Source: an uncultured Verrucomicrobiae bacterium (GTDB taxonomy: Bacteria > Verrucomicrobiota > Verrucomicrobiia > Chthoniobacterales > UBA10450). From it: 64,000 bases of DNA. The notes under the pieces are model-generated. The model made no database searches. It had not been told where the DNA came from and saw only the letters and a program-made list of their open reading frames with translations. This document shows positions 22,085-31,743 of the stretch, piece after piece. Position numbers and translations under genes: made by a program. Every line of letters starts with the position of its first letter. The stretch's first letter is position 1. Location: the NCBI GenBank assembly GCA_963772365.1, contig CAVYXA010000001.1:224001-288000 (forward strand), read 5' to 3'.

Positions 22085-22541
22085 ATGAAACACGATGACG
22101 ATGGAAAAATCAGCCGGGAACGCATGGTCGAATTGCTTAATGAAGATCTGGCGCGCGAATATCAGGCCATCATTGCTTACGTAATTTATAGCCAGATCCT
22201 GAAACAGGCCCAATACATGGAAATTGCCAAGGAGCTGGAGAAACATGCCGCCGAAGAATTGTCGCATGCCATCGCCGTCGCGAACCAGATCGACTACTTT
22301 AACGGCACGCCAACTAATAAGCCCAAGGAAATAAAGTTTCGGACAAACCCGAGGAGATGTTGCGCTTTGACTCTGGAGAACGAACGTCAGACATTGATCA
22401 ATTATCGTCAGCGGATTTGCCAAGCCGATGCCATGGGCGAATTTGCGCTCGGTGGAAGTGTTGCGCAAGATCATTGCCCAGGAACAGGAGCATCTGATCG
22501 ATCTCGCCAGCGCTCTGGGCATCGACACGCCCGAAATCTAG
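22085..22541 (+). CDS. Ferritin-like/bacterioferritin family protein (frameshifted)
   Basis: LLNEDLAREYQA, EE..HA, QEQEH di-iron motifs. Confidence 0.8.
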
Positions 22542-22578
22542 AGGTCGCAACCCTGCCCGCCAGCTCAACCCTGTTCAA

Positions 22579-22684
22579 TGTCATTCTGAACGGAGTGAAG
22601 AATCTCAAATCATTCCGCAAAGCGGTAATTCTGGTCCGAATTAAAACAAATGATCAGAGATGTTTCTCTTCGCTCCACATGACA
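22579..22684. repeat. Palindromic REP-like element, family A, copy 2
   Basis: TGTCATTCTGAACGGAGTGAAGAATCTC ... GAGATGTTTCTCTTCGCTCCACATGACA. Confidence 0.8.
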
Positions 22685-22702
22685 GCTGGAGTTTATCTCG
22701 GT

Positions 22703-23452
22703 TTAAAACAATTCGTATGATAACACACTCAAACAATAGATCGCTGCGGTTTCGACTCTCAGCACAATCGGACCCAGCGTAATCGGCAGGCAGCCATTGA
22801 CTTCGCGCCAGAGCTAGTTCCGCAGGCGTGAAATCTCCTTCCGGCCCAATCAGCATCAGGGCACGTTTTCGGCCGATCTGCACTTTTCTCTCGTGTAATC
22901 GTCAGGATTTTTTTCAACTGCAATGCGCCCGGCTGAAGAGACCCGATCAGACGAAGATCATGGGCGAGCGCTCTCACCGAAAAACCGCTTTGATTTTTTC
23001 GGTGTATTCACGCGCGGCAGCCAGTTTTGCCCGCATTGTTTGGCTGCTTCGATCGCCACCATTTTCCATTTCGCTTGTTTTTGCGTCCGCTTCCTTCGGA
23101 TCCAGATCGACAATCGTTCGTTCGGAAATGATCGGGAAAATCTCAGCCGCGCCAAGCTCGACCGCTTTCTGCACAATCAACTCCATGTTTTTGCCTTTGG
23201 GAATCGCCTGGGCAAGCGCGATCCGGCATCGCAACGGCGCCGTTTGGGTTTCGTGAAGTTTGCGCAATCTGCACAGCTCCTTTTTCAAGATCGACAATCT
23301 CGGCCGTGATCTCGCGTCCGCATCCATTGAAAACGACGACTCTATCGCCACGTTTCGATCGCAACACGTCGCGCGCATGATGCGCTTCGCTTTCGCTCAA
23401 GAACAGCGCGTCGGGATTCCAGTTTGCCGGGCGAGATGTAAAAGCGATGCAT
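22703..23452 (-). CDS. rsmE: 16S rRNA m3U1498 methyltransferase (frameshifted)
   Basis: MHRFY, HHARDVLR, QKAVELG, IEAAKQCG, IGPEGDF, LRVETA fragments. Confidence 0.9.
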
Positions 23453-23569
23453 AAAAAATCATAACCATGAATCACCCGGTTTCGCAAAGCTTGGTCTAAA
23501 GTGGTGCCCGCATCCGTTCTTGGAGAAAAATCTCGCTCGTGTGCGATGCCGCGTCGCAAAATGATTGGC

Positions 23570-24821
23570 ATGCCCAGAAAGCTTGATCCCAAACGAACCA
23601 TCGCCGATTTGAAGGAGCTTCGTTCGCTCACCGCCGACGAAAACGGCGCGCAACGAGTGGCGTTTACGGCAACCTGGGCGACAGCGCGCAAATGGCTGCG
23701 CTCAAAATTCGAACAGCTCCCGGGAATCGAGGTTCATAACGACGCCGCCGGAAACCTGTGGGCGACTCTGCCCGGCCGAATTGAAAGAGCGCTGCTCATC
23801 GGCGGTCATATCGATTCGGTCCCGAATGGCGGCTGGCTCGACGGTTGCCTGGATACGCTGGCCGGCTTGGAAGTTTTACGCCGGATCAATTGTCAATACC
23901 AAGGGAAGCCTCCGGTGACCGTGCGAGTGGTTGATTGGACCGATGAAGAAGGGGCGCGTTTCGGGAAGAGCCTGTTCGGTTCGTCGTCGTGCTCGGGCAA
24001 GATTGACATGGACGAAACGCGCAGCCTCAAAGACAAGGAGGGCGTTCGTTTGGTGGACGCGATCCGGGAGCAGGGAATCGATTTCCAGAGAGTAAGAGAT
24101 TCGGCCCACGAATTGAAACACGCGGCGGCCTATTTGGAATTGCACATCGAACAAGGCCCGGTCCTGCTCGATCTCGATCTTCCGCTGGGGACGGTCTTGG
24201 GAACATTCGGCGTCGAGCGTCACGCGATCACTTTTCGCGGGCAAGCGACACATTCCGGTAGCACGCCGATGAATCGCCGGCGTGACGCGTTTCTGGCCGC
24301 GGCCAAAATGAGCCCGGAGATTTACGAAATCGCGAAACGCAGCAACGGCGGTGTTTGCACCATCGGTTCTTGCACGACAAGACCCGGAATCGCTACCAGC
24401 ATAGTTGAGGAATGTCGGACCACGCTCGATCAACGCCATCTCGACGCGAAAGCGCTGGCCAAAATGTTGAGCGAAGCGAAAATCGGCGAGCGAGAAATTC
24501 GCCAAAGAGGGAAATGTCGACGTTAAATGGGAGCGGATTTGGAACATCGAGCCCGTTTTGTTTAATGAAACTTTGATTGGATTTTGCGACGAAGCGATTG
24601 CCGAGACTGGTGCCAAACCCCATCGTCTTCCATCCGGTCCATTGCATGACGCGGCTGAGGTGGCGCGCGCCGGTGTTCCGACGGTGATGATGTTCGTGCA
24701 AAGTCTGCACGGCATCAGCCATAACAAGATCGAGGACACGATGGAAGAGCATCTCGAATTAGCAGTGACGGCTCTCGACAAACTGACAGAGAAGATAATG
24801 AAGTGGATCGCGGCCACCTGA
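23570..24821 (+). CDS. M20 Zn-dependent amidohydrolase (allantoate/hydantoinase-carbamoylase family; frameshift near 24490)
   Basis: GGHIDSVPNGG.LDG, DEEGARF, ELHIEQGP, SG..HDA, GISH. Confidence 0.9.
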
Positions 24822-24917
24822 GCTTCGAATTCTAAAGAAGGTAAATTCGTCGCCAATTTGGGCATAGAAAATTTCTGGAGGTAGCGACTGCAGGTTTGAT
24901 AATCTGAAACAACTCCG

Positions 24918-25730
24918 ATGAAGAAACAGTGGAACTGGCCGATCTGGCTGGGATTTCTCGCCATTCTGGCTGGTTTCTTCAGTTATCCGTTCTTCATGCG
25001 CTTCGCCGTGACTCGCGATTTTCCATGGGTCAATGTCTTGCTTCTTCTCGCCGGGCTTGGCCTGCTTTGTATTGGACTTTTTCACGCGTTTGGCCGGCCA
25101 GCAATCTATCGCGGCAAAGTGTTCGGAACTCTATTCGCCGGATTCAGCCTCCTGATTGTCGCGTTCTTTAGCTACATTGCATTTTACGAGTTGCGTCAAT
25201 TGCCCGCCTCGACCGGAGCGCCCCACATTGGACAAAAGGCGCCCGGATTCACCTTGCCCGATCAAGAGGATCGACAAGTTTCATTCTCAGATCTTCTGAC
25301 GGAACCGGTGCCCAGCGATGCGGGTGCCAAGCCAAAAGCAGTTCTCCTGATTTTTTATCGCGGTTTTTGGTGACCGCTATGCAACTCCGAGTTGCGGAGT
25401 TTCCAGCATCGGCTTTCGGATCTTGAATCCCGTAGTGTTCGCGTGGTGGCGATCAGCGTTGACTCACCGGAGATCAACCGTCGCCATCGGAGTAAGATGG
25501 GATACACATTCACTTTTCTTTCGGATCCAAAGGCGAAGGTGATCCGGCGTTACGATCTCCTTCATCGTGGTGCTGGGCCCCATGGCGCCGATATCTCCCG
25601 GCCGGCTGAATTCCTGCTCGATTCCTCTGGAATGATTCGTTGGGTCAATCTGACTGATAACATTGCGGTTCGGGCGCGTCCTGAAGACGTATTGCAGGCG
25701 ATTGATGAGATGCAATTGGCCGCCCGGTAG
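24918..25730 (+). CDS. Membrane-anchored peroxiredoxin-like (AhpC/TSA) protein with in-frame UGA, putative selenoprotein
   Basis: Two ORFs in one frame joined by TGA 25371-25373: FYRGFW-U-PLCNSEL; AP.FTLPD and VVAISVD redoxin motifs. Confidence 0.85.
25374..25412 (+). promoter_or_regulatory. Putative bacterial SECIS hairpin
   Basis: Upper stem AACTCCG/CGGAGTT around loop AGTTG starting 16 nt after the UGA; lower stem ATGC/GCAT and CCG/CGG. Confidence 0.65.
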
Positions 25731-25783
25731 CCTTTGGGGCCGAGATTGACGCCGGTTCGCCGCCTCAATACCTTTGCTCGCGC

Positions 25784-26491
25784 GTGTATTCAGAACTGGA
25801 ACAATTGCTCGTTCTTCAAGATCGAGAACAGAAGATCAGACAGATCGAAACGGAAATCGGCACTCTGCCGCTGCAACGCAAGAATCTCGAAACGCAACTG
25901 GCCGAAAGCGTGGCCGGAGTGGAGAACCTCAAGCAGAAGACGCGGCAGAATGAGATGGATCGCAAAAAAATGGAACTCGATGTCGGCACGCGCGCCGAAA
26001 GCATCGCCCGGCTTAAGACCCAGCAATATCAAACTCGCAAGAACGACGAATTTCAGGCTATCAGTCACGAAATTCAGCGTTACGAAGACGAAATCCGAAA
26101 GATCGAAGACACGGAACTCGAATTGATGGTCGAGGCTGACAAAGTGAAGGCCGATCTGGCGATCGAAGAGAAGAAAGCCGCAGTTGTAAAAGAATCGATT
26201 GGCCGGCAAACGTCCGATTTGGAGGAGAAAGGCAAAGCATTGCAAACGCGGCTGGAGGAACTTACGAAAGAACGCGCGGAATTAGCCGGCAAGATCGACG
26301 AAGACTTGCTGGGTCAATTCGAACGTCTATTCAAGAGTAAAGGCGATGCAGTAATCGTGGCGCTGGAGCACGAAGTTTGCACCGGCTGTCACATGAAAGT
26401 GACCACCCAAACCGCGCACCGTGTGAAAGCGGGGAAGGAAATCGTCAGCTGTGAAAATTGCGGCCGAATCCTGTACGATGCAGCGGCTTGA
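25784..26491 (+). CDS. Coiled-coil protein with C4 zinc ribbon (DUF164 family)
   Basis: Long coiled coil, CTGC...CENCGRIL. Confidence 0.9.
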   Translation: MYSELEQLLVLQDREQKIRQIETEIGTLPLQRKNLETQLAESVAGVENLKQKTRQNEMDRKKMELDVGTRAESIARLKTQQYQTRKNDEFQAISHEIQRYEDEIRKIEDTELELMVEADKVKADLAIEEKKAAVVKESIGRQTSDLEEKGKALQTRLEELTKERAELAGKIDEDLLGQFERLFKSKGDAVIVALEHEVCTGCHMKVTTQTAHRVKAGKEIVSCENCGRILYDAAA

Positions 26492-26558
26492 TCCGCTGCC
26501 AGAAGCTAAAGCCTGCCCGCTACTTTCGCTGGCATGTTCCGCCACGGCGGATTCGCCC

Positions 26559-26654
26559 TGTGGCGATTGAGCGAAGCGACACATCTCAAACTATTATTGT
26601 GGACGGCTGGGTGAAGCGAATAGTCAGAGATTCTTCGTTTCGCTCAGAATGACA
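26559..26654. repeat. Palindromic REP-like element, family A, copy 3 (left arm degenerate)
   Basis: TTGAGCGAAGCGACACATCTC ... GAGATTCTTCGTTTCGCTCAGAATGACA. Confidence 0.8.
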
Positions 26655-26658
26655 TTTT

Positions 26659-27786
26659 TCAAATAAACCCTTCGGCGACCGAATCAGCCAGCGATTTACC
26701 TTTCTTCGTAAGCAGAAACCGCCCGTTTAATTGGCGGAGCAATCCCAACGCCATAAACTCGCTCGTCTGTTCTGGGAATGGCTCGAGCTCGGAAGCAGAT
26801 ACGCCATCTCGCGTGCGCAGCGAAAGAGCGATTCGCTCCGTTCGCTTGAATTCAGGAGTTAGCGTTTCCGTCGACGAGATCGGGGATTGACCGGAAAGAA
26901 CACGACCGATGTAGGCGCGATAATCACATACGTTTTGCCATCGCTGAAAACCGCGAGTGGAGAATGCGCTGGGTCCAATTCCCAAATAATCTTCTCCTGC
27001 CCAGTAAGCACGATTGTGGACCGATGAAAAGCCGGGCCGCGCGTAATTTGACGTCTCGTAATGCTCGTACCCAGCGTTCGGCAGGATCGACATCGCCAGA
27101 TCGAAAAATTTGGCGTCAGCATCTGCGTTCTGCCGAAACTCGCCCCGCGCATGCCGCAGGAAGAACTCCGTGTCTTCCTCGTAGGTGAGGCAATAGGCGG
27201 AAATGTGCTCGGGTTGCAGCGCAATTGTTCTTTCCAATGTCATTCGCCATTGGTCGATGCTTTGACCGGGTAATCCAAACATCAGATCGATATTGATGTT
27301 CGTGAAGCCGACGTCACGCAGGATCGAAAACGATTTCGCGATGTGGGCCGGAGTATGATCTCGGCCGAGCAAGTTCAGCAAATCTTCGTCCCACGATTGG
27401 ACGCCGAGGCTGATCCGATCCACATCTAATTTCCTTAGAACGCCTGCTTTTCTAGCCGAGACGCTGCCGGGATTGGCTTCGATAGTCCATTCAACGAGAT
27501 GAGCGAGATCGAGTTTCCTACGAAATCCATCGATAAGAAACTCGAGCTGCGAAGTTGTAAGCGCAGTGGGTGTTCCTCCTCCGAAATAAATTGTTTCCGG
27601 CACAACATCAAAATTGGAGATTTGCTGCTCGAGCTCGCTCACAATTGCCTCGCAAAATCGATTGGTGTGCGAGCGATCGAGCAGCTCCTTGTAAAACGCG
27701 CAATAAGGGCAGATACGAGCACAAAATGGAATGTGGACGTACAGGTGGCGGATAGCGTCTGAGTTGTTATTCGTGCCATTGCCCAT
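26659..27786 (-). CDS. hemW: Radical SAM heme chaperone HemW (HemN-like)
   Basis: LYVHIPFC...CPYCAF, GGGTPT, YETSNY, HN..YW. Confidence 0.9.
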   Translation of the reverse strand: MGNGTNNNSDAIRHLYVHIPFCARICPYCAFYKELLDRSHTNRFCEAIVSELEQQISNFDVVPETIYFGGGTPTALTTSQLEFLIDGFRRKLDLAHLVEWTIEANPGSVSARKAGVLRKLDVDRISLGVQSWDEDLLNLLGRDHTPAHIAKSFSILRDVGFTNINIDLMFGLPGQSIDQWRMTLERTIALQPEHISAYCLTYEEDTEFFLRHARGEFRQNADADAKFFDLAMSILPNAGYEHYETSNYARPGFSSVHNRAYWAGEDYLGIGPSAFSTRGFQRWQNVCDYRAYIGRVLSGQSPISSTETLTPEFKRTERIALSLRTRDGVSASELEPFPEQTSEFMALGLLRQLNGRFLLTKKGKSLADSVAEGFI

Positions 27787-27815
27787 ACAATTTCGGCAGT
27801 ATCCCAAGTCTTCCT

Positions 27816-28856
27816 TTGTCGATCCGAAAGATAGCTCTTGTTTTCGTTTGCACCATCTCCTGCGCAATTGCTCAGGAGACGCCCGCGCCGAGCCCGACAC
27901 CATCCGTCGTTTACAAAGTCCACGATGCAGACGCGATCCAAAATTATGAGACGAATCCGGCCGTTGTTCGGTCGATGGTGAATCGGCTCGTGCTTGCCGT
28001 GACCGGGCAATCCGATATTGCCAAAGCGTGGAAATCGCTCGTTTCACCGCAGGACAAGATTGGGATCAAAATATCCGCTGCCGGCGGCGAGCTATTCACG
28101 ACCCACCACGATGTCGTCAGCGCCATTGTCGATGGTCTGGTGGATGCGGGCCATTCCCGCAGCAGCATTATTATATGGGATCGATCGTTAGGCGGAATCA
28201 AGGAAGCTGGATATTCGGAAAGGGATGGTTATCAGATCAAATCGATTCCGCCTCGAGAAGGCTACGATCCGAAGGCGCTATTGTCGGCTCCCATGATTGG
28301 TCAGCTGGTTTGGGGCGACGTGGAGTATCAGCCCACGAAGGGCACAATGCTGTCGGACAATGAAAACACCAGCCAACTCAGCCACATCGCGCGAATTCTT
28401 TCCAAACAGGTGACAAAAGTCATCAATGTCCCGGTCATGAGCATTAGCGAGACCAATGGTATCGCCGGTTGTCTTTACAACATGACCATCCCGAACCTCG
28501 ACAACTGGCGGCGGTTTGCCCAAACGTCTGGATTTGGGCGAGAAAGTCTGGCGGAGATTTACGATAATCCACTGATTGGCAAAAAAGTGGTGCTCAATTT
28601 GATGGATGGTTTGGTTGCTCAATATGCCGGCGGTCCCCAATCGCAGCCAAACTGGGCTGTGCATTATGCAACGCTTTATGCCAGCAAGGATCCCGTGGCC
28701 ATCGATGCGATTGCATTGAAGCGTTTACAGGAATGGCGCTCGCGCGGGAGCCTGCCTTCCATCCGGCACAACGCCGATTACATACAGGCCGCTTCCGATA
28801 TCGGATTGGGAAATTCGGCATTGAATCGAATCGAGATCAGAAATGTCGGCCGATAA
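27816..28856 (+). CDS. Exported DUF362-like protein
   Basis: Signal peptide; D.IGIK, VINVP, DPVAIDA; start uncertain. Confidence 0.7.
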   Translation: MSIRKIALVFVCTISCAIAQETPAPSPTPSVVYKVHDADAIQNYETNPAVVRSMVNRLVLAVTGQSDIAKAWKSLVSPQDKIGIKISAAGGELFTTHHDVVSAIVDGLVDAGHSRSSIIIWDRSLGGIKEAGYSERDGYQIKSIPPREGYDPKALLSAPMIGQLVWGDVEYQPTKGTMLSDNENTSQLSHIARILSKQVTKVINVPVMSISETNGIAGCLYNMTIPNLDNWRRFAQTSGFGRESLAEIYDNPLIGKKVVLNLMDGLVAQYAGGPQSQPNWAVHYATLYASKDPVAIDAIALKRLQEWRSRGSLPSIRHNADYIQAASDIGLGNSALNRIEIRNVGR

Positions 28857-29847
28857 CCATGGCCGCACAGGCCTGCCGATTCTTCGTTCGGTTTCGCGAT
28901 CCTTCTATCTTTCCATTCGAATTTTGCCGATGCGTTTGCGGGAACCCGTCGCACTCGGCTATTTGTTGGCCCGTTCTACGGATACAATCGCCGATACCGC
29001 ATCGGTCCCGGTTGGGAAACGAGAGGAGGGATTGCAAAGATTGGCGGAAATCATTCAGGGCGAGGCGCCGCGGGAAGAGGTTGTCGATCTTCTACCTTCT
29101 TTCCTACCGCTGCAGACCAATCCCCATGAACGCGCACTTCTGGAAAACTTGCCGGTTTCATTAGAGTGGCTCGAGCAGTTGAATTCCGATGACCTCGCGG
29201 ATGTTCGGGCAGTCTTAGAAAAAATTACGCGAGGGCAGATGCTCGATCTTCTGCGGTTCGGTGATCCTGCCGAAGTTCGTGCGCTCAAAGGCGCCCCGGA
29301 CCTCGATGAATACACTTATCTGGTGGCGGGTTGCGTCGGCGAATTCTGGACCCGGCTTTGCTTTCGACATATTCGAAACTTCGCTGATTTGAGCGGGACC
29401 CAGATGCTCCGGTTGGGAACTGATTACGGTATGGGTTTACAACTGATTAATATTTTGCGCGATGCCGGAGCAGACTTGCACGCGGGCCGTTGTTATTTTC
29501 CAATCGACGAACTCGCCCAGCAAGGCCTCGCTCCGGATCACATTCTTCGTGAGCCGGAGCGGTTTTATCCGATCTACGCAAAATGGATGAAGCAAGCGGA
29601 ACGTGATCTCATAGCCGGTATTCAGTATTCACGTGCGATCCGAAACCCGCGGGTTCGCGCGGCGACGGTTTTGCCGGCTTTGATCGGGAATCGCACCATC
29701 GCCCTTTTACACAGTGCCGGCCCGACAGCCTTGCATCGAACGTTGAAAATTCCGCGTCGCGAAGTTCGGTGGATCGTTACATCGCTATTATTTACCTGCG
29801 CCTCGCGCCGGCGAATTTCTGCCCTGTTTCAGGAAATGAAGCCTTGA
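28843..29847 (+). CDS. Squalene/phytoene synthase family protein
   Basis: VSRSF, R..DTIAD, YTYLVAGCVG, LQLINILRD, GRCY. Confidence 0.9.
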   Translation: MSADNHGRTGLPILRSVSRSFYLSIRILPMRLREPVALGYLLARSTDTIADTASVPVGKREEGLQRLAEIIQGEAPREEVVDLLPSFLPLQTNPHERALLENLPVSLEWLEQLNSDDLADVRAVLEKITRGQMLDLLRFGDPAEVRALKGAPDLDEYTYLVAGCVGEFWTRLCFRHIRNFADLSGTQMLRLGTDYGMGLQLINILRDAGADLHAGRCYFPIDELAQQGLAPDHILREPERFYPIYAKWMKQAERDLIAGIQYSRAIRNPRVRAATVLPALIGNRTIALLHSAGPTALHRTLKIPRREVRWIVTSLLFTCASRRRISALFQEMKP

Positions 29848-29854
29848 ACCTGGC

Positions 29855-30628
29855 TTATTCTCTGAAGTAATTGCGCTGCTTTTCAGTAATCGGTCGGTCG
29901 AGTCGATCGAGAACCTGCAACATGTCTTCCCATACCTTGCGCTTTTCCGATGTCGACTGGTTCCGGAGCAGATAAGCCGGATGATAGGTGATCATTAAGG
30001 GCGTTCCATTGTAGGAATGCCAGCGACCGCGCATTTCCCGCATTGTCCCGCGAGTGCCGAGCAGGCCCTCGACCGCGACGGCACCGAGAGCGACCAGGGC
30101 TTTTGGCTGAATGACATTAATTTGTTCGATGAGATACGGTTGGCAGGTCTGCATTTCTTGCGGGGTCGGGGCCCGATTTCCAAACGAACCGGCCGGCATG
30201 TCCGGGCGACACTTGAGAATGTTCGCGATGTAAACTTCTTCGCGGCTAAAGCCCATTGCCCTAATGATTTTTGTCAACAATTGCCCGGCCCGCCCGACAA
30301 ATGGTTCGCCTTGTCGATCTTCATCCGCGCCCGGCGCTTCGCCGACGAACATCAGGTCTGCATCCGGGTTGCCTACACCAAAAACAGTTTGAGTTCGCGT
30401 GCAGACGAGATGCGAACACTTCGTGCAGACGGACACGCGCTCGCGAATCGGCGACAGCAGCGCAGCTTTGTCAGCATTTGGTAGAGCGCGAGCGCCCAGC
30501 CTGACAAATGGCGCGTCCCCAGACACGAATCGCGCCAGCAAGTCTTTCGACGCTCTTGGCGGCCGCTCGCTTGTTTCGCGAATCTTGATGAGGGACGCGA
30601 TGACGAGATCGAGAACCGGCTCTTTCAT
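29855..30628 (-). CDS. udg: Uracil-DNA glycosylase family 4
   Basis: [28 protein letters not shown]. Confidence 0.92.
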   Translation of the reverse strand: MKEPVLDLVIASLIKIRETSERPPRASKDLLARFVSGDAPFVRLGARALPNADKAALLSPIRERVSVCTKCSHLVCTRTQTVFGVGNPDADLMFVGEAPGADEDRQGEPFVGRAGQLLTKIIRAMGFSREEVYIANILKCRPDMPAGSFGNRAPTPQEMQTCQPYLIEQINVIQPKALVALGAVAVEGLLGTRGTMREMRGRWHSYNGTPLMITYHPAYLLRNQSTSEKRKVWEDMLQVLDRLDRPITEKQRNYFRE

Positions 30629-30678
30629 CCGAAGCGAGCATCCAAAATTTTGCGCGCGGCAGCAAATATTAATTAGCG

Positions 30679-30761
30679 TGTCATGTCGAGCGAAGTCGAG
30701 ACATCCCGTGGAGGAGTCATCAGTATTTGCAACGGGATTCCTCGACTTCGCTCGGAATGAC
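30679..30761. repeat. Palindromic REP-like element, family A, copy 4 (abuts queA start)
   Basis: TGTCATGTCGAGCGAAGTCGAGACATCCCGT ... ACGGGATTCCTCGACTTCGCTCGGAATGAC. Confidence 0.85.
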
Positions 30762-30762
30762 G

Positions 30763-31743
30763 ATGAATACACGATTAAGCGATTACGATTACGATCTCCC
30801 GCGAGACTTGATCGCTCAGCGGCCGCTCGAACATCGAGAAGATTCGAGGATGATGATCCTGCGGCGCGACTCACAGAGCATCGAACATCGACAATTTCGC
30901 GAGCTAAGAACGTTTTTGGATCCGGGCGACATACTCGTGTTAAACGACACGCGTGTTCTTCGCGCGCGAAGGTTTTCCAATGACAGGACGATTGAATTTT
31001 TGTTCCTCGAGCAAATCGATTCGCGCCGTTGGAAATGTCTCGTAAGGCCGGGGCGCAAAGTGCGACCTGGCGCAACGGCGAAGATCGACAACGCAAATCT
31101 GCGGGTAGAAGAGGTCACGGCAGAAGGCGAACGAATCGTTTCGCTGGATCGAGACATCGATCTTTATGGGGGCGGGTCGATGCCGTTGCCGCCTTACATC
31201 AGCCGCAAAAGCGATCTGGCTGACGAAACGCGTTATCAAACGGTTTTTGCACGAACTCCCGGTGCGCTCGCGGCACCGACCGCCGGTCTGCATTTCACGC
31301 CCGAAATAATTGCGAAAATTCCGCACACCTTTGTGACTCTCCACGTTGGAACAGGAACCTTTCTGCCAGTGCGCTCAGAAAACGTCGCTGACCATCGGAT
31401 GCATGTAGAGACGTTTTCGATCTCGTCTTTAGCTGCTGACAAAATCAACAAGGCCGGGCGAATTGTAGCGATTGGAACCACGGTTGTGCGCGTACTGGAA
31501 GCTGCTCATCGAGAAAATGGCAAATTAATCCCGCAAACTGGCGCGACCGATATTTTCATTTATCCGCCCTATCAATTCCGGCACGTCGATGTTCTGCTCA
31601 CGAATTTTCACCTGCCGCGCTCGACCTTGCTTATGCTGGTGAGCGCGTTTGCGGAGCGCGAATTCATATTGAGAGCGTACAAAGAAGCTATTCGAGACCG
31701 ATATCGCTTCTACAGTTACGGCGATTGCATGCTGATCCTGTAA
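30763..31743 (+). CDS. queA: S-adenosylmethionine:tRNA ribosyltransferase-isomerase
   Basis: DYDYDLP..LIAQ.P, PLPPYI, AAPTAGLHF, TNFHLP, FYSYGD. Confidence 0.96.
   Translation: MNTRLSDYDYDLPRDLIAQRPLEHREDSRMMILRRDSQSIEHRQFRELRTFLDPGDILVLNDTRVLRARRFSNDRTIEFLFLEQIDSRRWKCLVRPGRKVRPGATAKIDNANLRVEEVTAEGERIVSLDRDIDLYGGGSMPLPPYISRKSDLADETRYQTVFARTPGALAAPTAGLHFTPEIIAKIPHTFVTLHVGTGTFLPVRSENVADHRMHVETFSISSLAADKINKAGRIVAIGTTVVRVLEAAHRENGKLIPQTGATDIFIYPPYQFRHVDVLLTNFHLPRSTLLMLVSAFAEREFILRAYKEAIRDRYRFYSYGDCMLIL

Noticed and set aside
20846..22720. Apparent 624-aa DnaJ-ferritin fusion in the ORF track
   Set aside because: Artefact of frameshifts; DnaJ has its own C-terminus ([10 protein letters not shown], 22035) and the ferritin-like gene starts at 22085
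23876..24964. Long antisense ORFs (e.g. 362 aa here, 264 aa at 42607-43401)
   Set aside because: Shadow or alternate frames of well-supported genes in GC-rich DNA, with no recognisable motifs
29855..31096. N-terminally extended 413-aa UDG
   Set aside because: Extension runs through a palindromic repeat and antisense queA; the plausible start is 30628
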